From: an uncultured Actinomycetes bacterium
GTDB taxonomy: Bacteria > Actinomycetota > Thermoleophilia > UBA2241
Reading direction: 5' to 3'
Assembly: GCA_963755025.1 (NCBI GenBank)
Contig: CAVWIH010000028.1
Coordinates: 64,001 to 128,000 of the forward strand
Length of the DNA stretch: 64,000 nt
Numbering within the stretch: position 1 is the stretch's first letter; each line of letters starts with the position of its first letter. The notes beneath the pieces are model-generated. The model did not search any database, was not told where the DNA came from, and saw nothing but the letters and a program-made list of their open reading frames with translations. A program made the translations under genes and the position numbers. Positions 1 to 10,094 of this stretch are shown piece after piece.

Positions 1-1
1 C

Positions 2-601
2 GACGGGCTCGAGGCCGCTGACGCCGTTCGGCACGGTATGCAGACGGTCCGGGGCTACGAAGGGGCCGAGCCGCCTGACGACCGCCGAGCTCACGCCCAC
101 GACCGCCGCCGCGCCGCGCAGGGCGCCCACCGTGCGGTCCCGTATCGCGCCCGGTCGGGCGAGATTGACGTTCACGTCGCTGCCGTGGACGGTGACCACG
201 TAAGGCAGACCGAGGTCGGCGGCGAGGATGCGCGTCGCGGCGCCGTCGGGCAGCGCCTGGTGGGCGTGGAGCAGGTCGAAACCCTCGGCTCGCAGCGCTG
301 GCAGCAGGCGCCGCAGGCTGCGGTAGTACAGGTCGCCCGAGCGCGCGAACAGCAGCCTGCGCGGCAGTTGCGCGACGCGTGGGTAGCGCACCCGGATGTC
401 GTCGACCGCCGCCTCGTGCGGGGTCGCGCCGCGCGCCTTCAGCCGGTCGCTCACCTGCAGCGCGCGCGGCGTGTGCCCGACGGGCGCGACGACCTCGACG
501 GCGACGCCGAGGTCGCGCAGGGCGAGCGCCTGCTCGTGGATGAAGTGCGCGCCGGCGCGGGCCGGCGCGGGATAGAGGTGTGAGACGGCGAGAATCTTCA
601 C
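2..601 (-). CDS. Glycosyltransferase family 4 (TuaC-like), runs off the left edge
   Basis: Manual minus-strand translation from GTG 601: VKILAVSHLYP...DLLHAHQALPDG...VVTVHGSDV...HTVPNGV, a GT4 N-terminal domain. Not in the ORF track because it is truncated. Confidence 0.85.
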   Translation of the reverse strand, partial: MKILAVSHLYPAPARAGAHFIHEQALALRDLGVAVEVVAPVGHTPRALQVSDRLKARGATPHEAAVDDIRVRYPRVAQLPRRLLFARSGDLYYRSLRRLLPALRAEGFDLLHAHQALPDGAATRILAADLGLPYVVTVHGSDVNVNLARPGAIRDRTVGALRGAAAVVGVSSAVVRRLGPFVAPDRLHTVPNGVSGLEPV

Positions 602-657
602 GGTAGCGGCATCATAGCATCGGCCACAGTGGCGCCCGGCGGCGAGCGGCGCCGGGC

Positions 658-1701
658 TCAGGCGTCCCAGAAGACCTGGTCGTAGTAGCGCACGGTGCGC
701 CGCGACGGACGCACGCGCGCCTGGGCGGCCCGCAGGGCCGCGTCGTCGAGCTCGCCCAGGGCGTACTTGATGCCGAGGTACGGCAGGATGAAATCTTCCT
801 GGTAGACGAAGGTCGAGACGCGCGGGTTGACCTCGAGCAGGTGGTCGCCCTTGAAGCTCACGTTCACGAACCAGTCGAGACCCAGGCGGCGGCAGACCCG
901 GCGCGCCGCGGCGAGCAGGTCGGGCCGGTCGACCGTGCGAAACGACATGGCGAGACCGGTGTCGATGGCTTCGCGTGTCTTGGCCTGGGCGAGCACGATC
1001 TCGCCGCCGTCGGCCAGCGCGTCGACCGTGAACTCGGTGCCCTCGACGTACTCCATGAGCATGAGCGTGGGAAACGGCGAGACGCCGCGCAGCAGTGCGA
1101 CGAACTCGTCGAGCGTCATGTAGAGGTTGCTGGGCCGCTCGTGGAGCAGCAGGTGGACCCTGTCGGCGGTGGCCGAAAGTATGCGGAACCCGCGCGATCC
1201 TTTGCTCACCGGCGGCTTGAAGCAGACCGGCACATCGGGGTAGCCCAGGGAGTGCGCGCCCGCCACGAACTCGTCGAGGTCGGCGGGCACGAGCAGCTTG
1301 GGCTGGGCTACCGGCAGGCCGGCGACGGCGGCGTGCATGGCGGCCTTGTCGTTGCAGAGCTCGACGGCTTCGGGGCTCGCCACGAGGGCCTTGACGCCCA
1401 GCCGGTCGAAGGCCTCGCGGTGGCGCGCGATCTGGCCGACCTCGTTGCTCGACTGCACCAGCAAGACGTCGGCGCCGCGGCGCTCGACGACGTCGCGCAG
1501 CGCCGGGATGTAGTCGGGCGAGGCGCCGGCCGGCACCGTGGCGAAGCCGTCGCACAGGAACCGGCCGACCGCGTCGGGACGGGTGTCGACACCGAAGATC
1601 TCGATGTCGCGTTCGCCGTTGGCCTTGAGCATGCCGATCAGCGTCGCGGCGCCCGGGCAGCCGGCCGCGGTGAGCACGAGCTTCAGGGGCGGTAGCGTCA
1701 C
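658..1701 (-). CDS. ATP-grasp domain protein (carboxylate-amine ligase-like)
   Basis: CNDK, FKPPVSKGSRGF, MEYVEGTEFTVD and LEVNPRVS ATP-grasp motifs. Confidence 0.8.
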   Translation of the reverse strand: MTLPPLKLVLTAAGCPGAATLIGMLKANGERDIEIFGVDTRPDAVGRFLCDGFATVPAGASPDYIPALRDVVERRGADVLLVQSSNEVGQIARHREAFDRLGVKALVASPEAVELCNDKAAMHAAVAGLPVAQPKLLVPADLDEFVAGAHSLGYPDVPVCFKPPVSKGSRGFRILSATADRVHLLLHERPSNLYMTLDEFVALLRGVSPFPTLMLMEYVEGTEFTVDALADGGEIVLAQAKTREAIDTGLAMSFRTVDRPDLLAAARRVCRRLGLDWFVNVSFKGDHLLEVNPRVSTFVYQEDFILPYLGIKYALGELDDAALRAAQARVRPSRRTVRYYDQVFWDA

Positions 1702-1708
1702 GCGACGC

Positions 1709-2344
1709 TCAGACGATCCAGCGGTAGACCTCGAAGACCTCTGCGTACTCGCAGCCGACGTCGATGGCGCGGGTGAGGGCGACGTTGCGGATGTAGTCCT
1801 CGCGCACGTAGTTGCGATGCTGCTGCGAGCGGTAGCAGGCGAGGGCGTCGACCTTCGTCTGCACGTGGCGTTCCTCGAGGCGCACGTAGGCCTGATGCGA
1901 GAAGTTGAGGTTGTTCCAGGGGATCTCGTAGGCCATCACGGTGGTGCGCTTGAAAGCGCGCAAGCCCTCTTCGGCGACGGTCTTGTGGTCCTGGTGCAGG
2001 TCGATCAGGGCCGGCATGAAGACGCAGTCGGGGTTGAGCTCCTGCTGCAGGACGATCATCTCTTCGAGGATGTCCTGGCGCACCGTGGGGAAGGTGCGCA
2101 CCTCGAAGTCGTAGACGCGCAGGTGGGCTTCGTCGATGCCGATGAGGCTGGTGGCCCGGCGCACCTCGGTGCGCAGGATGTCGCGCGGAAAGCCCGGCGG
2201 CACCGACTTGGCGGCCGTGCTGAAGGCGACGTAGGTGACCTCGACGCCCGACTCGATGAGCCGGGCCATGGTGCCGCCACAGCCGAACTCGCCGTCGTCG
2301 GTGTGCGGCGCGAGCACCAGTGCGGTGCGGAACTTCTCGATCAT
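1709..2344 (-). CDS. PIG-L/LmbE family N-deacetylase
   Basis: LAPHTDDGEFGCGG, DLHQDH and YRSQ motifs. Confidence 0.9.
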   Translation of the reverse strand: MIEKFRTALVLAPHTDDGEFGCGGTMARLIESGVEVTYVAFSTAAKSVPPGFPRDILRTEVRRATSLIGIDEAHLRVYDFEVRTFPTVRQDILEEMIVLQQELNPDCVFMPALIDLHQDHKTVAEEGLRAFKRTTVMAYEIPWNNLNFSHQAYVRLEERHVQTKVDALACYRSQQHRNYVREDYIRNVALTRAIDVGCEYAEVFEVYRWIV

Positions 2345-2428
2345 CGGCTTCCCCCTGCAGGGTCGGCGTTGCCGCCGTCGACGGTCGGCCAGCGCGCCGT
2401 ACCGTGGTCGTGCGTGGCGCCGCCCGGG

Positions 2429-3968
2429 TCAGTCGGAGAGTCTAACAAATCCGCTGCGGCCGGCGGGGGCGGCGCCGCGCCGCCCGAGGTCGCCGCCGGG
2501 CTCGGCCGCCTCGCGCCGGGCGCGGATGAGGATGGCGAGCGCCAGCCCGAACAGGACGGCCATGGGCGGGAAAGTTGATCGCGGTGCTGGGTCCGACGAT
2601 GGCGACGACAAAACCGATGAGCGCGATCGTCATGGCCGCGCCGAGGTAGCGCAGCAGCGCGTCGCGCGCGTAGCGGGCGACGCGCACCATCGAAGCCAGC
2701 AGGAGCAGGTAGATGGTCAGGAACGCAAGCAGGCCGGGCAGGCCGCCGTCGACGAACGTCTCGAGCCACCAGTCGTGCAGGTTCAAGACGATGAACTGCG
2801 GGTTCTGCCGGGCCACGATGGACTCGGCGTTGCCCGGCCCGACGCCGAGGTACCAGCGCGTGCTCGCGGCGCGCAGACCGGCGAACTGCAACTCGGAGCG
2901 CACCCCGCCGCTGCCGCTGCCGCTCTGCGCCTGCGAGACGACCTTGGCCAAGCTGAACGAACTCCCGGCAAGGCCGGAGAGCACGACGCCCAGACCGATC
3001 AGCGCGACCACCCCGAACACGATCACGGCGATGCGGGTGCGTCGCGGGGCGCGCATGGCGATGACCACGACGACCACGGCGGTCTCCAGGGCGATCGCCA
3101 GCAGGCTGGTGCGCGATCGCGTGAACACGAGCAGCACGGTGGTGGCGAACAGCGCCAGGGCGGTGAGCGCTACGACGGCCGGGCGCCGCCAGACGTACGG
3201 CAACAGCAGGACGAACGGCCAGCAGAACGCAAGATAGGTACCGAAGTCGTTGGTGTTGTAGAAGAAGCCGGCGGGTTCGCTGTGGTGCTTGTACAGCGGC
3301 GAGGCGGTGGGCAGGTGGAGATGGAGCCGCACTTCGACGGCCCCGATCAGCAGCGAGAGGCCGTAGACCGCCCCCAGGCCGAGCAGCACCCAGACCAGGC
3401 GCCGGCGCGTGAGTCCGGCGGCGGCCGTGACCGCCGCCGCCGCGCCCATGCCGGCCAGCAGCAGCAGGTAGTGCAGGCCGGCGTCGCGCTCGGGCGCCCA
3501 GGCCAGGGTGAGCACCAGCCAGCAGAACCAGGCGCCGAACAGCAGGGCGAAGGTCGACCCCTCAAAGCGAAAGCGACGCCGCACGATGATCAGCCAGACC
3601 AGGCCCCAGTAGCCGACGAGGAACAGCACCACGCGAAAGGCGAAGATCTGCCTGAGGTGCGGCAAGGCGAACACCGGCCCGAGGATGGCCAGGGCGGGCA
3701 GGACGATCACCGCGACGACCAGGACATGGCCGAGCGGCAGACGCGCCAGCTGCCGGCGCGCCACCGCGAGGAACAGCGCGACGACGGCGATGAGCGGCAG
3801 GCCGACGGCGACCGCCAGGTGCGTGCGGAGGGTGTGGCCGGCCGCGTCCTGGCCGCGCAGGGCGAAGGCCGTCAGGCCCCCCGTGGCGACGACGCCGCAG
3901 GCGATGAGCGCGGCCGCCAGGGCGGCATTGGCCGAGCGGACGGCGGGCGGCGAGGTCGAGTCAGCCAT
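2429..3968 (-). CDS. O-antigen ligase/Wzy-like membrane protein (frameshift near 2565)
   Basis: Multi-TM protein with FYNTNDFG, TRSRTS, LGVGPGN and LHDWWLE motifs. The C-terminus continues in the 2429..2611 frame, and the ATG overlaps the upstream GT stop (ATGGCTGA). Confidence 0.8.
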
Positions 3969-5314
3969 GATGCCCGGAGAGGCCATCGAGGAGGCTGGCC
4001 AGCAGCCCGGTGAGCTCGCGACCGTCAAAGCGGCGCACCACCGCCGGGTCGGTGGCCGGCAGGCGTCCGGCGCGCGCGTCGGCGACAAAGGCCGCGAGCG
4101 CTGGGCCCAGAGGTTCGTCGGGCGACGCGCAACGTCCGCCGCGGGCCTCGTCGATTGAGGGCGCGGGCCGCCGACTGCGGCGACGTCACGGCGAACACCG
4201 GCCGCTCGCTCGCGAGGTACTCGAGCAGCTTGCTCGACAGCGACTCCGGTGCGCGCCCCGTGATGAGCAGCAGGGCGTCGGCCGCGCGTTGCAGGCCACG
4301 GGCCCGGGCGCGCGGCGCGAACTGCTCGACTCGCACCCGGTGAGCCACGCCCAGAGACGCGGCGCGAGCGGTGATCTCGGGGCCGGCGGCGCCCACGAAG
4401 AAGACGTGGACGTCGGCGGGAAGGGCTGCGAACGCCTCGAGGAACGCGGCCGTCTGCTCGGTGCGCGCGTAGATGCGACCGGTGTGCACTATCCAGAAGC
4501 CCGGCCCCAGGTCGATGTCGTCGATCTCTTCGTCCGGGTCGTACCCGTTGGGGATGACGCTCGTCGTGGCGGCGAGCGCCGGGTAGAGACGACGCAGGTC
4601 GGCGGCCATGGGCTCGTTGACCGCCGTCACCGCGCTGGCGTGGGCGAGCGCCCAGCTTTCGAGGCGCACGTTCAGGGCTTCGTGGAGGCGCGTCGGGTAC
4701 CGGCGGAACTGGTTGGTGCGCCACGGGTCGCGGTAGTCGGCGACCCAGGGCAGTCCGCTGCGCCTGGCGAGCTCGGCCGCGACCAGGTGCGCCGAGCCTC
4801 GCGGGTGGCTCGAGAAGACGGCGTCGTAGCGCTGTTCGCGCAGCAGCCGGCGGCCGAGCGCCACGGCGGGGACGACCCAGCTCACAGAGGCGTCCGGTAC
4901 CTGCAGCCACTCTTCGATGGGTCCGCGCCGGCTGGTGTGCCGGAACTTCGTTGCGCCAGCCGGACCGGGGACCGCGCCGTCCGGCGGGCCGGCGGGCGGC
5001 GTGGCTGCCGGCCGCGTTTCGGCGGACGCGCCCGCGGCCGGCGCGTCGGCCGGTGGCGTCGCCGGCGCGGGCCGACGGCCGCGCATGGGTCCCATGACCC
5101 GCCGCCCCAGGGCGTAGAGGCGTTCGGGGTCGATCGCCGGCGCGCGCTCTATGCGCACATCGGGCGGGTCGGGCACCGGCCCCTGCGTGCGCACCGTGAG
5201 GACCGTCGCCTCCCAGTCGTAGGAGGGCAGGTAGCGCAAGAAGCGCAGGTGCCGGGCGTTGCCGCCGGTCGCCGTCGGCGGGAACGGGTTGGCTACATAG
5301 AGGACGCGCTTCAT
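3961..5314 (-). CDS. Glycosyltransferase family 4 (extra base near 4155)
   Basis: MKRVLYVANPFPP, ADYRDPW, VIPNGYD, SSKLLEYLA. Removing one A restores a C-terminus ending at TGA 3961-3963. Confidence 0.85.
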
Positions 5315-5400
5315 CGGGACCATCGACGCATGGCGCCTATCTTACCTGCTCCGGGCACTGTGGCCGGCCGCTGCTCGTGCCGATACAAACGAGTGGCGAG

Positions 5401-5429
5401 TTGCGACGTCACGACGCCGCACGCATAAT
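5401..5429 (+). promoter_or_regulatory. Putative sigma-A promoter
   Basis: TTGCGA-N17-CATAAT upstream of the SpoIID-like gene. Confidence 0.5.
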
Positions 5430-5487
5430 CAGTGCGGCACGAGCGCGGCTCGGGCCGGGTAGACCGCAGGGCGAGAGGAGAGCCAGG

Positions 5488-6609
5488 TTGACTGAAGCGA
5501 GGGCGGCCGGAGTCGGTCGGCCGCTGCGTGGACGTACGGCCGTCCGTGCCTCGCTCGCCGCACTCGCCGCACTCGCCGCGCTGGCCCTCGCGCTGGGCGT
5601 CGCCGCCCTGCAGCCGTCGCGCGCCGTCGCCGCCAGCCAGGCCGCCGCGAGCTCCGTGCAGTCCGCCACGCTCACCCCGCCCGCCACCATCAAGGTCGCG
5701 CGGCGTTTTCCGGCCAACGATCCCAACGGCGTGATCGTCGGGGTCGACACGGTCGACTTTCGCACTTACTGCGTACGCGTCCTCTCGCACGAGTGGGCGC
5801 CGGCCACGGCGTTCTCCGACGAGGCGTTGCGCGCGGGCGCGCTGGCCGTCAAAGACTACGGCTGGTACTGGGCCACACACCCGACCAAGCTGCCCGACGT
5901 CGCCGCCTGGGGCGCCGACGTCGACGACACCACCAACTACCAGGAGTACATGGACTGGGACTACGGGCAGCGCTACTGGGACGCCGTCAACGCCACCTGG
6001 GGCACGACCATGACCCGCGACGGCCAGGTCTTCGAGGCTTCTTACTACGCGGGCGTCTACTCCGGCGCGGCGACCGACGGCCAGCACATGACGCAGTGGG
6101 GCTCGCAGTACTGGGCCGCCCAGGGCAAGACCTACCCGTGGATCGTGGCCTTCTACTACGGAGCGGTGCAGCTCGTGGGCGCCAAGAGCGGCGCCGTCGT
6201 GACGAGCGCCTCGCCCTCGGCGTCGGCCTGGAGCGGGCCTCACGCCCCCAAGGGCGCCGCCAAGCTCGACGTGGTCGGGCCGGTGCAGCTAGCGCCCGGG
6301 CCCTATCGGCGCGGCACTACGCTCCGGGCCCAGTTCACGCTGCGCAACGACGGCGCCCAGACCGGCACCTGGGCGGTCGTCACGCTGGTGGCGCGCGGTC
6401 CCGGCGACCAGGAGCGCGACCTCGGCTCTATCGCCAACGTCACCCTCAAGCCCGGCGCCTACCGGCTGTTCACGGGCCACGTCAAGCTCGACCTGCAGGG
6501 TCGCTGGCACGGCTGGCTGATCGTCGGCGACGGCAGCAAGCTGACGCTGCTCGACGGCGGCGCGCCGTTCCAGTTCGTCGTCGGCGCGCCCGCCTCGCAC
6601 AAGCACTAG
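5488..6609 (+). CDS. Secreted SpoIID/LytB-domain protein with a C-terminal beta-rich domain
   Basis: Signal peptide; YCVRVLSHEW, EALRAGALAVKDY, DDTTNYQEY, HMTQWGSQYWAAQGKTY..IVAFYY resemble SpoIID. AGGAG precedes the TTG start. Confidence 0.7.
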   Translation: MTEARAAGVGRPLRGRTAVRASLAALAALAALALALGVAALQPSRAVAASQAAASSVQSATLTPPATIKVARRFPANDPNGVIVGVDTVDFRTYCVRVLSHEWAPATAFSDEALRAGALAVKDYGWYWATHPTKLPDVAAWGADVDDTTNYQEYMDWDYGQRYWDAVNATWGTTMTRDGQVFEASYYAGVYSGAATDGQHMTQWGSQYWAAQGKTYPWIVAFYYGAVQLVGAKSGAVVTSASPSASAWSGPHAPKGAAKLDVVGPVQLAPGPYRRGTTLRAQFTLRNDGAQTGTWAVVTLVARGPGDQERDLGSIANVTLKPGAYRLFTGHVKLDLQGRWHGWLIVGDGSKLTLLDGGAPFQFVVGAPASHKH

Positions 6610-6644
6610 AGCTCGCGGCCCCCTGGCCCGGGCCGCGCCCCCGC

Positions 6645-7274
6645 TCACCCCTCGTCGGCGGGCGGCTCGCGCTCGAGGAACCCGTCGATGCGGGCGACCA
6701 GCCCGGTCGTGTCGATCTCGATCGTGCCGCCGCTGGGCACGCTCATCTCGTGGAACGAGTCGATGCCCGTGCCCTCGACGAAGCCGCGTACGAGGCGCAA
6801 CGAACCGCCGTGGCTGACCAGCAGCGTGACGAGCTGCGTGGCGATCGCGTCGCGCACCGCCGCGAGCACGCGCCGCTGCTGCTCGGCCAGGCTCTCGCCG
6901 TACGGAAAGCGAAACGACGCCGGGTCTTCGTGGTAGGCGGCCCACTCGACGGGGGAGCCTCGCCTGATCGCGGCGAAGCTGCGTCCCTGCCAATCGCCGC
7001 GATCGGATTCGGCGAGACGCGGATCGACGCCCAGGACCACCTCGGGGCCGAGCACGGCGTGTACCTCGTCGGCGGTCTGGCGGGCGCGCAGCAGGTTGCT
7101 CGACACGATCGCCTGGATGCCGGCGTTCGCCAGGCGTTCGCCCAGCTCGTGCGCCTGGCGCCGCCCGGTCTTGTTGAGAGGCACCTCGGCCCAGCCCTGG
7201 CAGCGGGCCGGCTTCACGTTCCAGTCGGTCTGGCCGTGGCGCGCCAGGTAGAGGATGGGCGCGCGCTCGCTCAA
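6645..7274 (-). CDS. Histidine phosphatase (phosphoglycerate mutase family)
   Basis: LARHGQTDWN, SSNLLRARQTA, GES, VSHGG; the TTG start overlaps the comA stop. Confidence 0.85.
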   Translation of the reverse strand: MSERAPILYLARHGQTDWNVKPARCQGWAEVPLNKTGRRQAHELGERLANAGIQAIVSSNLLRARQTADEVHAVLGPEVVLGVDPRLAESDRGDWQGRSFAAIRRGSPVEWAAYHEDPASFRFPYGESLAEQQRRVLAAVRDAIATQLVTLLVSHGGSLRLVRGFVEGTGIDSFHEMSVPSGGTIEIDTTGLVARIDGFLEREPPADEG

Positions 7275-8023
7275 TGGAAGTCGAGCAGCGTGTCGCTGCG
7301 TATGCCGAGGCGGATGGTCTCGCACGAGATGACGTCGTCGGGCGTGATGTTGCCGAGGTTCACGTTGCTGCCGAACTTCTTGACGAACCAGACCTGCTGC
7401 TCCTTGGCCGGCGCCTCGAAGAGCAGCTGGTCGGCGCTGATCTCGCTGACGATCTCTTCGATCAGGCCCTCCTTGACCGATCCGGAGGAGTGGTAGACGC
7501 CCACCGTGCCCGACTCGCGCCCCTCGGTGATCACCTTCCAGGCGCCGGCGTCGAGCTCGCGCTTGATGGCGTCGACCCAGCGGTAGGGGGCGATCACCTT
7601 GTCGGCATCTTTGCTGCCCACCTCGGAGAGCACCGTGAACTCGCGCGCCAGGCGGCGCAGCAGGGCCAGCTTGTCGTCGACCGCCATGGCCACCGTGCCG
7701 TCGGAGACCTCGACGTGCGTGATGCCGAGCTCGCGCAGCTCGCGCACGTAGTCGTCGACCCTGTTCTGGCGCACGACCACTTCGAGCAGCGTGCCGCCGA
7801 AGCAAACCGTGACGTCGTGGCGCTGGTAGACCTCGACCTTGCTGGCCAGGTCGGCGGTGAGGTAGGCGGTGCCCCAGCCGAGCTTGACGATGTCGATGAA
7901 CGGCGCGGCGCTGGCCATGAGGTCGTCGACCTGCGTGGGGCCGAGACCCTTGTCGAGCACGTGAGTCAGCCCGCGGTCGCGCGGTTTGGCGCTGCGCTCA
8001 GGGAGCGTGAGAAAGTCGAGCAC
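7271..8023 (-). CDS. comA: Phosphosulfolactate synthase ComA family
   Basis: KPRDRGLTHVLDKG, IVKLGWGT, FGGTLLE, VEVSDG, SEVGSKD, EGRESG, FEAP, VNLGNI, R.G.RSDT. Confidence 0.9.
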   Translation of the reverse strand: MLDFLTLPERSAKPRDRGLTHVLDKGLGPTQVDDLMASAAPFIDIVKLGWGTAYLTADLASKVEVYQRHDVTVCFGGTLLEVVVRQNRVDDYVRELRELGITHVEVSDGTVAMAVDDKLALLRRLAREFTVLSEVGSKDADKVIAPYRWVDAIKRELDAGAWKVITEGRESGTVGVYHSSGSVKEGLIEEIVSEISADQLLFEAPAKEQQVWFVKKFGSNVNLGNITPDDVISCETIRLGIRSDTLLDFH

Positions 8024-8182
8024 CGCGGCCTCCTGTCGGGCGGTCGGTTCGCGCGTCGGCGGCGCGCGGCCATCTTAGCAGACGGCTCCGCCGCGCCCGC
8101 CGGCGCGGGCCTTGCCGCGGCCGGCGCGCCCAGCCCGCCGGTGCGGGCCTTGTGCCGCGGCCGGAGCGCGCAGCGCGTCGCG

Positions 8183-8596
8183 TCAGGCGATCTCCTGGCC
8201 GGCCTTGGGGCCGGGCCCCATGTCCCAGACCGACTCGACCTCGATCTTGACCACGTACTTGACCGGCGGCAGGCTGAGCTTGTCGGAGAGCTTGGCCAGG
8301 CGCTGGGAGACCTGCTCGAAGGCCTCGCCGTGGTCGATGAGCTCGGCGCGGCCCTTGACCTGCATGGCGATCTTGCGCTCGGGATCGTGGATGCCGACGG
8401 CGACGCGTGGGTCGTGCTGCAGGTTCTCGCGCGTCTTGTGCGAGAACATGTCGGCGAAGTACAGGTGGCCGTCGTCGAGCAGCGCGCCGGAGCCCTTGAT
8501 CGAGACGTTGGGGGTGCCGTCGGACGCGACGGTCGCGACCCAGATGTTGTGGCCGCCCCAGAGCAGGTCGAGGAGCTGGTCGGGTAGCTTCTTCAT
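8183..8596 (-). CDS. Pyridoxamine 5'-phosphate oxidase-like FMN-binding protein
   Basis: VATVASDGTPNVSIKGS, KTRENL..DPRVAV, QVKGRA. Confidence 0.8.
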   Translation of the reverse strand: MKKLPDQLLDLLWGGHNIWVATVASDGTPNVSIKGSGALLDDGHLYFADMFSHKTRENLQHDPRVAVGIHDPERKIAMQVKGRAELIDHGEAFEQVSQRLAKLSDKLSLPPVKYVVKIEVESVWDMGPGPKAGQEIA

Positions 8597-8684
8597 GTGC
8601 GTGCCCTCCGCGTGAGTCGTGGCGTCGACGCCCTCCGGAAGGCGGGCGCTGGAGTGGGGTGGTCCTACCCCGGCGCGGCGCCGG

Positions 8685-8966
8685 TCACACGTGCTCGAGC
8701 ACCATCACCTCGGGGTCGCGCTCCTCCCACAGCTCGAAGTCGTCGTGCTCGACCGCCGCTCGGGCGCGACCGATGCCGGCCTCCCAGTCGGCCCGCGAGG
8801 CCCAGGTCGTCAAGCCGACCAGGCGCGCGGAGCGTTCGTCTTTCAGGGTCGCCACGTTCAGCAGCCCGGGCGCCCCGGCCAGGGCGTCGCCGAAGCGGTG
8901 CATCGAGGCGACCAGGTCGGCCTCGCCTTCGGGCCGCGGGTAGTGGATCGACAGGTGCACGAACAT
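8685..8966 (-). CDS. Antibiotic biosynthesis monooxygenase (ABM)-like small protein
   Basis: 93 aa with a dimeric alpha/beta-barrel pattern (RPEGEADL..APGLL..TTWAS..W); AGGAG RBS. Confidence 0.6.
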   Translation of the reverse strand: MFVHLSIHYPRPEGEADLVASMHRFGDALAGAPGLLNVATLKDERSARLVGLTTWASRADWEAGIGRARAAVEHDDFELWEERDPEVMVLEHV

Positions 8967-8986
8967 GACGCTCCTCCTTCTCCTCT

Positions 8987-9859
8987 TCAGGTCGTGGCGA
9001 GCCCGGTCAGCAGGGCGCTCTGCCGCCACAGCCCGGCGGCGAGCTCCTCGTCGTAGGCGGCAGGCGGCGCGTTCACGGGGCGGCGGTCGTGGTAGAACAG
9101 GCCGCTCGCGCCCTCGACGTCGGGCGAAGCGGCCAGGTAGACGACGGTCTCGGCGCCTTTTTCGGGCGAGCGGGCCACGAGGTGGGCCACCTGCACGCCC
9201 GCGCGCAGCAGCGGCGCCAGGTCGTGGCCCCAGCGCGTGCGCACGAGCCCGGGGTGCATGACGGTCGCCGCCACCCCGTCGCCCTGCCGGCGCCGGGCGA
9301 GCTCGAAGGTGAAGAGGATGTTGGCGAGCTTCGTGGCGCCGTAGAAGGCCATCGCGCGAAAGCGGCGGTGGGCGCCCTGCAGGTCGGCCAGGTCGATCAC
9401 GCCCTGGCGCGCGGCGTCGGAGGAGACGGTGACCACGCGCGCGGGGGCGCCGCGGGCGAGCGCGTCGGAGAGCAGTCCGGTGAGCAGGAAGGGCGCCAGG
9501 TGGTTGAGCGCCCAGGTGCGTTCGACGCCGTCGGGCGTGAGGGCGCGCGTGCCGTAGATCGCGCCCGCATCGTTGACCAGCACGTGCAGGCGGTCGTGGC
9601 GGGCCAGGAACTCGGCGGCCGCACGGCGCACGTCGGCCTGCAGCGTGAGGTCGGCGATCACGACCTCGACGTTCTGGTTGCCGGTCGCGCGCACGAGCTC
9701 GTCGCGTACGGCGTGGCCCCTGGCGTGGTCGCGGGCGACGAATACCAGGGTCGCCCGCCCCAGCGCGAGGCGCGTCGCCGCGGCCTTGCCGATGCCCGAG
9801 GTCGCGCCCGTGACGAGCACGGTGCGGCCTTCAAGATCGGGCGTTTCGGCGCTCACCAC
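8987..9859 (-). CDS. Short-chain dehydrogenase (retinol-DH-like)
   Basis: TGATSGIG, NDAG, NHLAPF, YGATK, HPGLVRT. Confidence 0.9.
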   Translation of the reverse strand: MVSAETPDLEGRTVLVTGATSGIGKAAATRLALGRATLVFVARDHARGHAVRDELVRATGNQNVEVVIADLTLQADVRRAAAEFLARHDRLHVLVNDAGAIYGTRALTPDGVERTWALNHLAPFLLTGLLSDALARGAPARVVTVSSDAARQGVIDLADLQGAHRRFRAMAFYGATKLANILFTFELARRRQGDGVAATVMHPGLVRTRWGHDLAPLLRAGVQVAHLVARSPEKGAETVVYLAASPDVEGASGLFYHDRRPVNAPPAAYDEELAAGLWRQSALLTGLATT

Positions 9860-9923
9860 GATGGACCTCCGTGCTTCGCCCCTGGAGCGGCACCAGAGTG
9901 TGCCCCGCGCGGGCGGGTGCGTA

Positions 9924-10027
9924 CCCCGAGCGGCCGTCCCGCGCGCTCGGCGGCCCGCCCCCCGAGCGTCCGTCTCGCGCGCCGGCGGCCCACCCCCGAG
10001 CGTCCGTCCCGCGCGCTCGGCGGCCCA
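9924..10027. repeat. Three imperfect ~35-bp palindromic (REP-like) repeats
   Basis: CCGAGCG-tccgtcccgcg-CGCTCGG-cggccc repeated three times in an intergenic region. Confidence 0.6.
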
Positions 10028-10094
10028 TTCCGACCACCGTGCCGCGCCCTCAGGGCCCACCCCCCGAGCGCCAGCACCACCGGCGCTTGCCGCC

